Source of the DNA: an archaeon
GTDB lineage: Archaea > B1Sed10-29 > WALL01 > JAGHAM01
Direction: 5' to 3'
Assembly: GCA_021107635.1 (NCBI GenBank)
Contig: JAIOSL010000050.1
Location: 1-54,794, forward strand
Length of the DNA stretch: 54,794 nucleotides
Shown here: piece after piece, positions 10,142-19,803 of the stretch
Numbering within the stretch: the first letter of the stretch is position 1
Layout: each line of letters starts with the position of its first letter
Position numbers and translations under genes: made by a program
The notes under the pieces: generated by a model
Seen by the model: only the letters and a program-made list of their open reading frames with translations
Told to the model about the DNA's origin: nothing
The model's database searches: none

Positions 10142-10519
10142 GACACTCTCAAGACGCTGCGTAAACCCTTCTTTATGATTTTTATAAGTAAGATAATATA
10201 ACACAGGCAATAAAAGCCAGAAAAAATGATTTACCAAGAAAAAAGAACCCACAAAACCAATAATAAAACAAGCCATGCCCATAGGATAATTCAACCCAAA
10301 AGTCCGCTCAACCTCATGCTGAGAATCAAATAGAAGTTTTGTGCCCCCAAGAAAAAAAGGCACCCAAATAAAACTAGGCTCCAGCAAAATAACAATCAAA
10401 GAAACTCCCATGCCTATGCCTAGCAAACGAGTCTCCAACCAAGAATACTCCTTTTTATATGCTAAGTACACAAGCAACAAGAACACCAAAGGATTCAAAT
10501 AAAAGAACCACGACACCAT
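10127..10519 (-). CDS. hypothetical membrane protein
   Basis: 130-aa ORF with about 4 hydrophobic segments, antisense to the operon. Confidence 0.6.
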   Translation of the reverse strand: MVSWFFYLNPLVFLLLVYLAYKKEYSWLETRLLGIGMGVSLIVILLEPSFIWVPFFLGGTKLLFDSQHEVERTFGLNYPMGMACFIIGFVGSFFLVNHFFWLLLPVLYYLTYKNHKEGFTQRLESVIPIQ

Positions 10520-10618
10520 AAAATACTTCTAGAAGCCAAAACTTAAAAACATTATCTTAAACCAGCACAGATAACATTAAATAAAACTATTTCAAAAATA
10601 ACAGCTAAGGGGAACATA

Positions 10619-11185
10619 ATGAAAGTATTAGTCGTTAACCTAGGAGGACAATGGACTCACAGGATATGGCGACGAGTAAAATACCTAGACTGTGAATCAA
10701 AAATACTCCCTCCAGACACCCCAATAGAACAAATACTAGATTCTGACGGCCTAATCCTCTCAGGAGGAGCCGTACGCATAGGCAGCGGAGGAGAAAAACT
10801 TCTCGATCCACTCACAGAATACCTAAACCAGTACGAAAAGCCCATCTTAGGACTTTGTGCTGGACACCAGTTCATAGCAATACATTACGGTGGCAAAAGC
10901 ACTCCCGCAAAAAACCCAGAATTTGGTCAAGTAGAAATAGAAGTGATCGAGGAAAATGATATATTCAAAAACATTCCTAAAAAGTTCAAAGCCTGGACAT
11001 CACACAACGATGAAGTAACAGAAGCCCCAAACTTCAAAATACTTGCTAAATCCAAAGAATGCTCAAACCAAGCAATGAAACACAAAACCAAACCAATATA
11101 TGGCATTCAATTCCATCCAGAAGTAGAACATACAGCATATGGGGACCAAATATTTGAAAATTTTGTAAGAGCGTGTAAAAAATGA
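10619..11185 (+). CDS. guaAA: GMP synthase subunit A (glutamine amidotransferase)
   Basis: ILSGG, LGLCAGHQ (catalytic Cys), SHND, GIQFHPEVEHT. Confidence 0.95.
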   Translation: MKVLVVNLGGQWTHRIWRRVKYLDCESKILPPDTPIEQILDSDGLILSGGAVRIGSGGEKLLDPLTEYLNQYEKPILGLCAGHQFIAIHYGGKSTPAKNPEFGQVEIEVIEENDIFKNIPKKFKAWTSHNDEVTEAPNFKILAKSKECSNQAMKHKTKPIYGIQFHPEVEHTAYGDQIFENFVRACKK

Positions 11186-12315
11186 TAACTCATGAAGAAA
11201 TACAAGGAATAGCAAAAAAATATGACCGCCTCACAATTGGAGTCCTAGGAAGCCACTCAGCAGAAGAAGTTGGAATATCAGCAAAAGCAAATGGCTTCCC
11301 AATACTAGTAATATGTGAAAAAGGAAGAGAAGCACTATACGCTAAACATAACAAGTTACTATTTGATAGAGTATTTCTAGTAGACAAATTCTCAGATTTA
11401 GTCACTAAACCAGAAATTCAAGAAAAACTTAGAACAATAGGAACCGTGTTCATTCCAAACCGATCGTTTTCAGTATACGTTGGATGTGAAGGAATAGAAA
11501 AAGATTTTAGAGTACCAATGTATGGAAGCAGAACAATGCTAAAAACAGAAGACAGAAACATAGAAAAAAACCAGTACTACCTTCTAGAAAAAGCAGGAAT
11601 ACGAACTCCAAAACACTTCAAATCTCCAGACAAGATAGACCGCCTAGCAATAGTCAAAGTACAACAAAAAAACCATCCCCTAGAACGTGCATTCTTCTAT
11701 CCAACAAACACAGAAGACTATTATGAACAAGCAAAAGAAATGATAAAAAAGGAAATCATAAGCGAAGAAGGACTGAACAACGCAAGAATAGAAGAATTTA
11801 TTGTAGGACCACGCTTCAACGCAAACTTCCAAGGATATGCAGTCAAAGAAAAATTTGGAGACATAGACTTTGTAGGCTTCGAAGACAGAATTCAAACTAA
11901 CTTAGCAGGCCTCCTAAACCTACCAGCAAAAGAACAACTAAAACTCAACCTCTACCCAAGAAATGAAGAAGTAGGTCACAGAGGCGTAACAATGCGCGAA
12001 TCATTGAAACCGTTAGTCTACGAAGCAGCAGAAAAATTCAGAAGAATAGTCGAACAAGAATATCCACCAGGAATGTTTGGACTATTTTCACTACAAGGAG
12101 CATTACCATACAATCAAGAAACAGGACGCCCAGAATTTGTAGTATTTGATGTAAGTCCACGCATACCTGGCTGTCCATGTGTAGGACCAACTTCACCAGA
12201 AATGAGAAGACTTTCACTCAAACACCACCAAGACATACAATCACCACTAGACCTATCAATGATGGAACTCAAATACGCTTTCGGCAACAACGTCCTAAAA
12301 AACGTTATAACGTGA
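11182..12315 (+). CDS. PurP-like ATP-grasp protein (formate-AICAR ligase family paralog)
   Basis: GVLGSHSA, FIPNRSF, RIQTNLAG, GHRGVTMRESL, FDVSPRIPG; homologous to the downstream PurP. Confidence 0.85.
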   Translation: MITHEEIQGIAKKYDRLTIGVLGSHSAEEVGISAKANGFPILVICEKGREALYAKHNKLLFDRVFLVDKFSDLVTKPEIQEKLRTIGTVFIPNRSFSVYVGCEGIEKDFRVPMYGSRTMLKTEDRNIEKNQYYLLEKAGIRTPKHFKSPDKIDRLAIVKVQQKNHPLERAFFYPTNTEDYYEQAKEMIKKEIISEEGLNNARIEEFIVGPRFNANFQGYAVKEKFGDIDFVGFEDRIQTNLAGLLNLPAKEQLKLNLYPRNEEVGHRGVTMRESLKPLVYEAAEKFRRIVEQEYPPGMFGLFSLQGALPYNQETGRPEFVVFDVSPRIPGCPCVGPTSPEMRRLSLKHHQDIQSPLDLSMMELKYAFGNNVLKNVIT

Positions 12316-12320
12316 GTACA

Positions 12321-13406
12321 ATGATAACAAAAAAACAAATTGATGACACTCTGGAAAACTACGGGAAAGAAGTAAGAATAGCAACGCTTTGCTCACACTC
12401 AGCACTGCAGATATTTCATGGAGCAAAACAAGAAGGGCTAAAAACTATTGGCATAACAACTCCACGCTCAAAACCAGTCTATGATGCATTCCCATTAAGC
12501 AAACCAGAAGATTACATTATGATAAATGAGTACAAAGACGTGTTAAACAAAGAAATTCAAGAACAACTAATAGAAAAAAATGCAGTAGTCGTTCCTCATG
12601 GATCATTCGTAGAATACGTAGGAGCAAAAAACATAGAAAATAAATTTAAGGTACCCCTGCTAGGAAACCGTAAAGTACTAGAATGGGAATCAGATAGAGA
12701 AAAAGAACGCGAATGGCTAAAAAAAGCAGGTTGCAAAGTTCCAAGACGATTCAAAAAACCATCAGAAATTGACCGCCCCTGCCTAATCAAATTTCCAGGA
12801 GCAAAAGGAGGAAAAGGCTTTTTCGTTGCAATAAACGAAGACGAATTCAACGAAAAGATTGGATCACACAAAGACTACATAATCCAAGAATTTGTGATAG
12901 GCGCAAGATACTACTTCCACTTCTTTTACACACCATTATTCCATGAAGGATACCAAGCAGGAGAAGGTAGACTAGAAATGCTTGGCATGGACAGACGCAT
13001 CGAATCAAACATCGACGAATTGCACCGCTTTGGTTTCACTCGCAAAGAACTTGACACAGCCAAAATCCGACGAAGTTTCGTAGTCACAGGAAACCTCCCA
13101 ATGACATTAAGAGAATCTCTACTACCAGAAGTCTTAGAAAGAGGAAAAGAAGTAATTGAAACCTCGAGAAAACTATTCTCTCCTGGAATGCTAGGACCCT
13201 TTTGTCTTGAAACAATAATCACACCAGACTTAGACATCTACGTTTTCGAAATATCCGCAAGAATTGTCGCAGGAACAAACCTTTACCCGTCCGGCTCACA
13301 ATACTCACAGTACATCTTCAACAAATCCATGAGCACAGGCAGAAGAATAGCACACGAAATAAGACACGCTACTCGCACTGAACAACTAGAAAAAGTAACA
13401 TTCTAA
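12321..13406 (+). CDS. purP: 5-formaminoimidazole-4-carboxamide ribonucleotide synthetase PurP
   Basis: ATLCSHSALQI, VPHGSFVEY, KFPGAKGGKG, LRESLL, FEISARIVAGTN; start set at ATG 12321. Confidence 0.92.
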   Translation: MITKKQIDDTLENYGKEVRIATLCSHSALQIFHGAKQEGLKTIGITTPRSKPVYDAFPLSKPEDYIMINEYKDVLNKEIQEQLIEKNAVVVPHGSFVEYVGAKNIENKFKVPLLGNRKVLEWESDREKEREWLKKAGCKVPRRFKKPSEIDRPCLIKFPGAKGGKGFFVAINEDEFNEKIGSHKDYIIQEFVIGARYYFHFFYTPLFHEGYQAGEGRLEMLGMDRRIESNIDELHRFGFTRKELDTAKIRRSFVVTGNLPMTLRESLLPEVLERGKEVIETSRKLFSPGMLGPFCLETIITPDLDIYVFEISARIVAGTNLYPSGSQYSQYIFNKSMSTGRRIAHEIRHATRTEQLEKVTF

Positions 13407-13418
13407 AGGTGGCAATAC

Positions 13419-14969
13419 ATGAAAAAAGCACTAATAAGTGTCTCTGACAAAACAGGGATAGTCGATTTTGCTAAAGCATTACAAAAAAAAGACATTGAGA
13501 TATTATCTACAGGAGGCACAGCCAAAACTCTCAAAGAAGCAGGCATAAAAGTCACAGAAGTCTCTTACTACACAGGCTTTCCAGAAATAATGAATGGGCG
13601 AGTCAAAACATTACATCCAAAGATTCATGCTGCTATACTTGCAAACCGAAAAGACCCAGCACATATGAAACAACTAGAAGACCTAGAAATCGAACCAATT
13701 GATCTAGTCGTAACAAATCTCTATCCATTTGAAGACACCATCGCTAAACCAGTACAACTCTTTGAAGCAATAGAAAAAATAGACATTGGAGGCCCTTCAA
13801 TGGTAAGAGCAGCAGCAAAAAATCATGACAGCGTATGCATTCTTACAAACCCAAAAGAGTATACGCCATTTCTTGAAGAACTAGAAACAGGAGCAATAAG
13901 CGAAGAAACACGAAGAAAACTTGCAATAAAAGCATTCCAGTTAACCGCTCACTACGACACAATAATAGAAAAATATTTAACAACCGCTCTCCCCGGAGAA
14001 AAAACCTATCCAAAATATCTAAACTTAACATACAAAAAAAACATAGACCTACGCTATGGAGAGAATCCACACCAAAAAGCAGCACTATACAAAGAACACA
14101 ATATCAGAGAACCTTCCCTAGCCAATGCAAAACAAATACAGGGTAAACAATTATCATATAACAACATTCTAGACTTAGACGCAGCACTAAGACTACTCAG
14201 AGAATTCGATGAAATTACTGCTGTAGTACTAAAACATAACAATCCCTGTGGCGTTGCAACAGCAAACACTCTAGTCAATGCATACAAAACTGCTCTATCA
14301 ACAGACAGCATGTCTGCATTCGGAGGGATAGTAGCATTGAACAGAAACGTGGACGAAGACACAGCAAAAGAGATCACTTCAATGTTCATGGAAGCAGTCA
14401 TAGCCCCATCATACTCAAAAGAAGCACTTGACGTTTTTTCAAAAAAGAAAAGACTCCGAATCATGCAAGTAGACGGCATCACAACAAAAGAAAAAAAAGA
14501 ATTAACATTAAGAAAGATTGCCGGAGGCATACTTGTACAAGACAAAGACACAGCACTACTTGAAGGAAGCATAGACCAATTACAAGTAGTCACCAAGCGA
14601 AAACCAACAGAAGAAGAAAAGGAAGCAATGCTTTTTGCTTGGAAAGTATGCAAACACGTAAAATCAAATTCAGTGATTTACGCTAACGCTAATCGCACCA
14701 TAGGCATTGGTGCAGGACAAATGAGCAGAGTAGATTCATCAGTAGTAGGCTCAATGAAAGCAAAAAATGCTGGACTTGACACAAAAGGAACAGCTCTAGC
14801 TTCCGATGCATTCTTCCCGTTCAGAGATGGAATAGACGCAGCAGCAAAAGCAGGCGTAACAGCAATAATCCAACCGGGTGGATCAATCAGAGACCAAGAG
14901 ATTATTGATGCATGTGATGAACAAGAAATAGCAATGGTATTCACAGGCATGCGCCACTTCAACCACTAG
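13419..14969 (+). CDS. purH: bifunctional AICAR formyltransferase / IMP cyclohydrolase
   Basis: ALISVSDK, STGGT, GRVKTLHP, IDIGGP, LRYGENPHQ, KHNNPCG, SDAFFPF. Confidence 0.97.
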   Translation: MKKALISVSDKTGIVDFAKALQKKDIEILSTGGTAKTLKEAGIKVTEVSYYTGFPEIMNGRVKTLHPKIHAAILANRKDPAHMKQLEDLEIEPIDLVVTNLYPFEDTIAKPVQLFEAIEKIDIGGPSMVRAAAKNHDSVCILTNPKEYTPFLEELETGAISEETRRKLAIKAFQLTAHYDTIIEKYLTTALPGEKTYPKYLNLTYKKNIDLRYGENPHQKAALYKEHNIREPSLANAKQIQGKQLSYNNILDLDAALRLLREFDEITAVVLKHNNPCGVATANTLVNAYKTALSTDSMSAFGGIVALNRNVDEDTAKEITSMFMEAVIAPSYSKEALDVFSKKKRLRIMQVDGITTKEKKELTLRKIAGGILVQDKDTALLEGSIDQLQVVTKRKPTEEEKEAMLFAWKVCKHVKSNSVIYANANRTIGIGAGQMSRVDSSVVGSMKAKNAGLDTKGTALASDAFFPFRDGIDAAAKAGVTAIIQPGGSIRDQEIIDACDEQEIAMVFTGMRHFNH

Positions 14970-15009
14970 ACCATAAAGTATATAACCGACTCTGGACTAA
15001 CTAGAAAAC

Positions 15010-15279
15010 ATGGTGAACTGGAAGGGCGTTTCTGGAGTCTTGTTTGTACTCTGCGGAACCATATTTCTATTTTATCTGTTAGTAGGCTTTATCCTTGCAC
15101 CAACACACTCACCAGAAGGACACCCCATAGATTTCGCAAGCAAAAAAGAAGAAGCAGTGATAATGTTTACTGTTGTAGGCTCTCTTTTCATTGGAGGCGT
15201 TTTAAGCTTAATAGGTGGAATTCAACAAGACGCAAAACAAAGACGCAAGAAAAATAAGAAAAAAAGGAAATTAAAATGA
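15010..15279 (+). CDS. small 2-TM hypothetical protein with basic C-terminus
   Basis: Two hydrophobic segments, K/R-rich tail, ATGA overlap with the next gene. Confidence 0.6.
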   Translation: MVNWKGVSGVLFVLCGTIFLFYLLVGFILAPTHSPEGHPIDFASKKEEAVIMFTVVGSLFIGGVLSLIGGIQQDAKQRRKKNKKKRKLK

Positions 15280-15986
15280 AAACACAACTAGCTCTTGTTC
15301 TAGCACTTTTTTTACTTTTGGGGTGCATTAGTGGAAACCAAGAATTCAAATCAAACGAACAATGCAAAGAAGAATGCCTGAAAACAGGATATGAAAACGG
15401 TAGTTGCTTACTTCCATCACAAGCAAAAGACGCAAGAATAAACTTCGGAAAATGTAAAATAAAAGACACTCCAACCTGCAACAACGAAGACTGCAAATGC
15501 TATTGCTTCAAAATAGAACCGCCAGAACCCCCGCTACAATGCATGGGAGGAACTGAATGTACTAACTGGTGCGAACGAGGCACGGATTCAATAATAGATG
15601 ATTCAAACGGAAAATCTCACAGAATGTGGAACGCATCAGACGCACCTTGCTGTTGCAGTGAAACCAAACACCATTCATTTAATCAAATAAACGACGTTCT
15701 AAAACCAAAATTAGGGGATATAGTAATATTCAATGGAACAGCAAAAATTTTAAAAGGATTTTACCTTCAACCAAAAGAAGGAGAAGACTATTGCTTGTTC
15801 TTAGATAAAAGTCAACACATAGATGAGTTCCGAGAAGGGAAAAATATGAGCATAGGTGGAAAAGTTGAGGGAAGAACCATAGACCATGGCCCATGTAACG
15901 ATACAAAAAAACAACAATGCGGAAAACACCTTGAATACTGCATAAAAGTAGAAAAATTAGAATTAATCAAAAACTTAAACTCCTGA
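15276..15986 (+). CDS. Cys-rich predicted lipoprotein
   Basis: Signal peptide with lipobox-like LLLGC; 19 Cys. Confidence 0.75.
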   Translation: MKTQLALVLALFLLLGCISGNQEFKSNEQCKEECLKTGYENGSCLLPSQAKDARINFGKCKIKDTPTCNNEDCKCYCFKIEPPEPPLQCMGGTECTNWCERGTDSIIDDSNGKSHRMWNASDAPCCCSETKHHSFNQINDVLKPKLGDIVIFNGTAKILKGFYLQPKEGEDYCLFLDKSQHIDEFREGKNMSIGGKVEGRTIDHGPCNDTKKQQCGKHLEYCIKVEKLELIKNLNS

Positions 15987-16598
15987 ATCTTTAGCCCAAC
16001 GCATTACTTCACGCATAGCCCGAACCTGGAATTCCAGTTCTTTCTTCTGCTTCTCAATTTTTTCTTTATTCATTGCAGCTAACTGACGATTAAATTCCAT
16101 TCTCTGTTGAACTTCCTCAGACATTTTTTCTCTCTTCTTACCAATAGAACTAAGCCTTGATTCCTTAAGTCTCAGACGATACTCTTCACTCTTCACAAAA
16201 ATTGAGAGCCGTTTATTCCACTTCTTATGATTAATCAAATGCATTGGAGGCTTAACCAGCTCATAAACTTCCCGATACTCCCCATCAGTCATCAGTTTAA
16301 GCTGATGTTCCCAATATAAAGGAGATAACGCGCGTTTCATTGAGTCAGAAACTTTATCAGTATCCATGTTTTTTTGTCTGTGCCCCCACTCTTTAATCTG
16401 TTCATCAAGATAATCTATTCTTTTTCTTTTCTCTCCAATCTGTTTTTCAAGTCTTTGTGTGGTTGGATAAACCAATCGCTTACCTTGAACCTTGACAATT
16501 CCTGTTTTCAAGTATGATTGCATTGCTTTTGCTCTGCTTTCCGTCATTTCAGGAACTTCTTTTTTCAAGTCAATGAAAGAACCAATTGTCTTAGGCAT
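15975..16598 (-). CDS. hypothetical basic coiled-coil protein
   Basis: 207 aa, K/E/R-rich helical pattern; BRE/TATA-like element upstream. Confidence 0.7.
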   Translation of the reverse strand: MPKTIGSFIDLKKEVPEMTESRAKAMQSYLKTGIVKVQGKRLVYPTTQRLEKQIGEKRKRIDYLDEQIKEWGHRQKNMDTDKVSDSMKRALSPLYWEHQLKLMTDGEYREVYELVKPPMHLINHKKWNKRLSIFVKSEEYRLRLKESRLSSIGKKREKMSEEVQQRMEFNRQLAAMNKEKIEKQKKELEFQVRAMREVMRWAKDSGV

Positions 16599-16677
16599 AT
16601 CAAGTATTAAACGAAGAACATGTTTTAAAGGTTTTTGCTCGAAATGTATTTAAGACTCTTTGGAGTAAAAATTGTGA

Positions 16678-17118
16678 ATGAGAGAGAACAAAAAAAGCCA
16701 AATTGAAGTTCACGTTGCAGGCATTTGCTTGCGCGAAGAAAACGGAGAAAAGCAGGTTTTGGTTGGGCTTAGAACTGAACAAAGAGAAATTTATCCAGGC
16801 AAATGGGAATGTGGAGGCGGACAAGTCAAGCCGGGGGAAGGCTTTGAAGACGCGGTCAAACGACAGTTCAGAGAAGAATTTGGAGCTCTAGTGGTACCTG
16901 TCGGTGTTGTGGGTGTTTATGAGATTGACTTTTCTGGAGGAAAGATTCCAGGAGTTGTTTTTGCGTGCAAGTTTGAGGGATATGTTAACGGAGAGAGTCC
17001 GCAAGTTGATTTCAGAGAGTTCAGAGAATGGGCGTGGCTGCCTGTTTCAAATTTGGAAAACAAAAATTTTATTGAGGGCATCCCAGAGAACATAAAAAAA
17101 GCAGCAGAACTGCTCTAA
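16678..17118 (+). CDS. NUDIX hydrolase
   Basis: Nudix box variant GKWECGGGQVKPGEGFEDAVKRQFREEFG. Confidence 0.9.
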   Translation: MRENKKSQIEVHVAGICLREENGEKQVLVGLRTEQREIYPGKWECGGGQVKPGEGFEDAVKRQFREEFGALVVPVGVVGVYEIDFSGGKIPGVVFACKFEGYVNGESPQVDFREFREWAWLPVSNLENKNFIEGIPENIKKAAELL

Positions 17119-18506
17119 CTGCTTTCTCGATATTTTTTGAATGCTTGTATAACCCGTGTTTTATTTGGGTGGTAGGTGCGCGCATATTTTTCTATTTTGG
17201 CTATCACTTTTTTGTCTGTATCAATTCTTTTGATGTGTGTGTCTACTATTTTATGGTTTTTGTTGTTGAGAAATGCTTGAATTATTTTTACTTGATGTTC
17301 TGGATCTATTAGTTTTCCTTTGCTTAGTATCATACGCTTGGAAGAGTATGGTAAAATTTTGGGCTTTTTGGACTTCTCGCTTTTTCGGCTTTGGGTTATT
17401 CCCAAGTCAATACTGATGGTTTGACGGGATACTCCAAGGGTCTTCCCTATTTCTTCTTGTGTAAGCCCTAGCGAACGCAAGTCTTCTGCTCTCTTTTTTC
17501 TTTGATGTACGGCGCGTTTCTTTTCACTTGGGGAGGGTTCCTGTTTCTTGATTCGTTCTCTTTCTATTTGCTTTAGTTTCAGTCCTGCTGAAATGTCCGC
17601 GCCTTTTATTTTCGTTCGGAACGCTTTTTTTTCTGCTGGTGTCATTTTTCCAAACAATCCTTTTTTCAAGTGTTTTTCCGCTTTTTCAAGTATTCCAGTT
17701 TGACGGAGCTCTGGGTCGATGTTCTTCAAGTCTGCTTTTTTGATTCTTGCAGCAACTTTTTTAGGAGATTGTTTTTCTCCAAACCCCTTCTTTTCTGCAG
17801 TTATCACAATCAATCTAGCTTGTTCGTACGGGTTCCCAAGCAAATCAATTGTCTTAAGCTTGGATTTCTTCGAGCTGATAAAACGTCTATGATCTTTCCC
17901 GGTTATGCGGATTCCTTCTTTCTTAGCAAGATCAGCGACGAAATCAGACACTTTAGGATTCTGATGGTTAAAGAAGAAGAAAAAGTTTAAAGGTTGTTGG
18001 GAATTGTATCTGGGCTTTAAGTGTCCACTGAAAAATCCTTTTAAGAATGCTTGCCGGTCCTTACGGTTATCAAATAAGTGCTCGATCACAGATTCAGCTA
18101 GAATATTGTTTTTTGTTTTTGCTTTTGGATTAAAACCCCATGCATCAATCAAATATTCGTATGTTGCCTTGGAATTGACTCTTATGTCATGACTTCCATC
18201 TGGTTTTACGTGGAGGTCCGGTTCTCTACCAAACAGTTTTTTGTGGAGTTTAAGGTACTTTCCCTCCAAATCACTGTACTTTGGAGCAAGTCTGCGTATG
18301 AGATATCCATTGGTTTTGGTATGAGATGCTCTTCCAACTAATACGCCCAAATATTCAAAAAATTGGGGTCTGACATGCTCAAGGTTTGTTTTTGGAACTT
18401 TAAAATGTTCCCAATCTTTGGGAGATATGTGTATACTTATTTCTTTCCCTTCCAAAGTTTTTATCACTCTTTTCCGAGCATATCCTCTTTTTGATTTTTT
18501 TGGCAT
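17115..18506 (-). CDS. degenerate LAGLIDADG-like domain fused to a C-terminal HTH
   Basis: EYLGVLVGRAS and RQAFLKGFFSGHL resemble the two LAGLIDADG helices; HTH GLTQEEIGKTLGVSRQTISIDL. Confidence 0.6.
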   Translation of the reverse strand: MPKKSKRGYARKRVIKTLEGKEISIHISPKDWEHFKVPKTNLEHVRPQFFEYLGVLVGRASHTKTNGYLIRRLAPKYSDLEGKYLKLHKKLFGREPDLHVKPDGSHDIRVNSKATYEYLIDAWGFNPKAKTKNNILAESVIEHLFDNRKDRQAFLKGFFSGHLKPRYNSQQPLNFFFFFNHQNPKVSDFVADLAKKEGIRITGKDHRRFISSKKSKLKTIDLLGNPYEQARLIVITAEKKGFGEKQSPKKVAARIKKADLKNIDPELRQTGILEKAEKHLKKGLFGKMTPAEKKAFRTKIKGADISAGLKLKQIERERIKKQEPSPSEKKRAVHQRKKRAEDLRSLGLTQEEIGKTLGVSRQTISIDLGITQSRKSEKSKKPKILPYSSKRMILSKGKLIDPEHQVKIIQAFLNNKNHKIVDTHIKRIDTDKKVIAKIEKYARTYHPNKTRVIQAFKKYRESS

Positions 18507-18546
18507 TCATTCTATTTGATACAGAACAAACTTAAAAAATTATTGC

Positions 18547-19413
18547 TTAGATGAGGGCCATTAAGACAACACCCATTATTATAGATAATATTCCAATTAC
18601 TTGATTTATCTCGACGCGCTCTTTCAAGAAAATGAATGCTAGGATAACAGTTACAGCAGGAAAAGCTGCTGCAGTAGGAGAAACAATAGAAACAAATTCT
18701 TTAGTTGCAAGACCAAGATTTAATCCAATGAAAGCAATCACTTCCAAAAAAGCATTCAAAAGGATAAGTGGGACTACACTCTTAACAGGAAAATTAATGC
18801 TCTTCTTTGTTAATGGAGCAAAAATTAACATACCTACCACTAAAATAGATTTTATTAAAAGCACAGGCAAGTATGGACCAACAACTACAACCACTTTACC
18901 AAGATAAGCAAACATTAACCCCCAAGCAAACATAGCATAAAATGCGTAAGGAATTCCCTTCATCAAAAATTTCCTAGATGTCCTCAATTCAACAAAACTT
19001 GTGGAAGCTAAAATCACTCCAACAACAGTCAAAACTATTCCAATTTCTCTGGAAAAAGTTAGCTGCTCACCTAAAAAAGCAATGCCAATCAAAGCAGCAA
19101 TCATTCCCCAAGACGCAGCAACAGGACTTATCACAGAAAGTTTCCCGACTTCTATAGCCTTATAAAAAGCAACAAATCCCGTGCTCCACAACACGCCTAA
19201 AACCAAAATCATTAAAGAAACGTCAGGAGAAGGAATCTGAAAACCAGAAGTAAAAGCTATGAACAAAACCAAAGGAGGAATACCAAGCAAGTGAGAATAA
19301 AACAAAACCTTGTAATAACTCTCTTTTTGAATTGCTAGTTTTCCAACAAAATCAGCAGTACCCCATCCAACAAGTGGAATAAGAGCATACAAAAAGCCAA
19401 GCGAAAAATCCAT
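18547..19413 (-). CDS. EamA/DMT family transporter
   Basis: About 10 TM segments in two repeats; GWGTADF, GKLSVISPV, LGEQLT; start moved to ATG 19413 (the longer frame is antisense to nac). Confidence 0.9.
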   Translation of the reverse strand: MDFSLGFLYALIPLVGWGTADFVGKLAIQKESYYKVLFYSHLLGIPPLVLFIAFTSGFQIPSPDVSLMILVLGVLWSTGFVAFYKAIEVGKLSVISPVAASWGMIAALIGIAFLGEQLTFSREIGIVLTVVGVILASTSFVELRTSRKFLMKGIPYAFYAMFAWGLMFAYLGKVVVVVGPYLPVLLIKSILVVGMLIFAPLTKKSINFPVKSVVPLILLNAFLEVIAFIGLNLGLATKEFVSIVSPTAAAFPAVTVILAFIFLKERVEINQVIGILSIIMGVVLMALI

Positions 19414-19476
19414 TACTTGTTTTTCTCCTGCAAGCTTTTTATTGTTTCCCAGGCAAAAGCAACGCCGGTGAAAACA

Positions 19477-19803
19477 ATGATGGGTGGAATGGATCCAAGA
19501 CAAATGAAAGCAATGATGAAACAAATGGGTATCAAACAGAAAACTATTGATGCCACTGAAGTTATAATTAAAACTGGAGAAGGTGAACTACTAATCTCAA
19601 ACCCGCAAGTCACCGAAGTTGTAATGCAAGGGGTTAAAACGTATCAGGTAATGGGAGAAGTCAGTGAACGTACAGGGAAAAAGTATACTGAAGAAGACGT
19701 AAAACTGGTAATGGAAAAAGCTGGGTGCTCTAAAGAAAAAGCAAAAAATGCATTAGAAAAAAATGATGGAGATATTGCAACAGCAATTGTTAACCTAGAA
19801 TAG
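19477..19803 (+). CDS. nac: archaeal nascent polypeptide-associated complex protein
   Basis: MDPRQMKAMMKQMGI, EEDVKLVMEKAG, ALEKNDGDIATAI (UBA-like); ATG 19477 after GGTGA. Confidence 0.93.
   Translation: MMGGMDPRQMKAMMKQMGIKQKTIDATEVIIKTGEGELLISNPQVTEVVMQGVKTYQVMGEVSERTGKKYTEEDVKLVMEKAGCSKEKAKNALEKNDGDIATAIVNLE

Noticed and set aside
19414-19524. His/Cys-rich N-terminal extension of the EamA transporter
   Set aside because: Artefact of an upstream ATG antisense to nac; the real start is probably 19413
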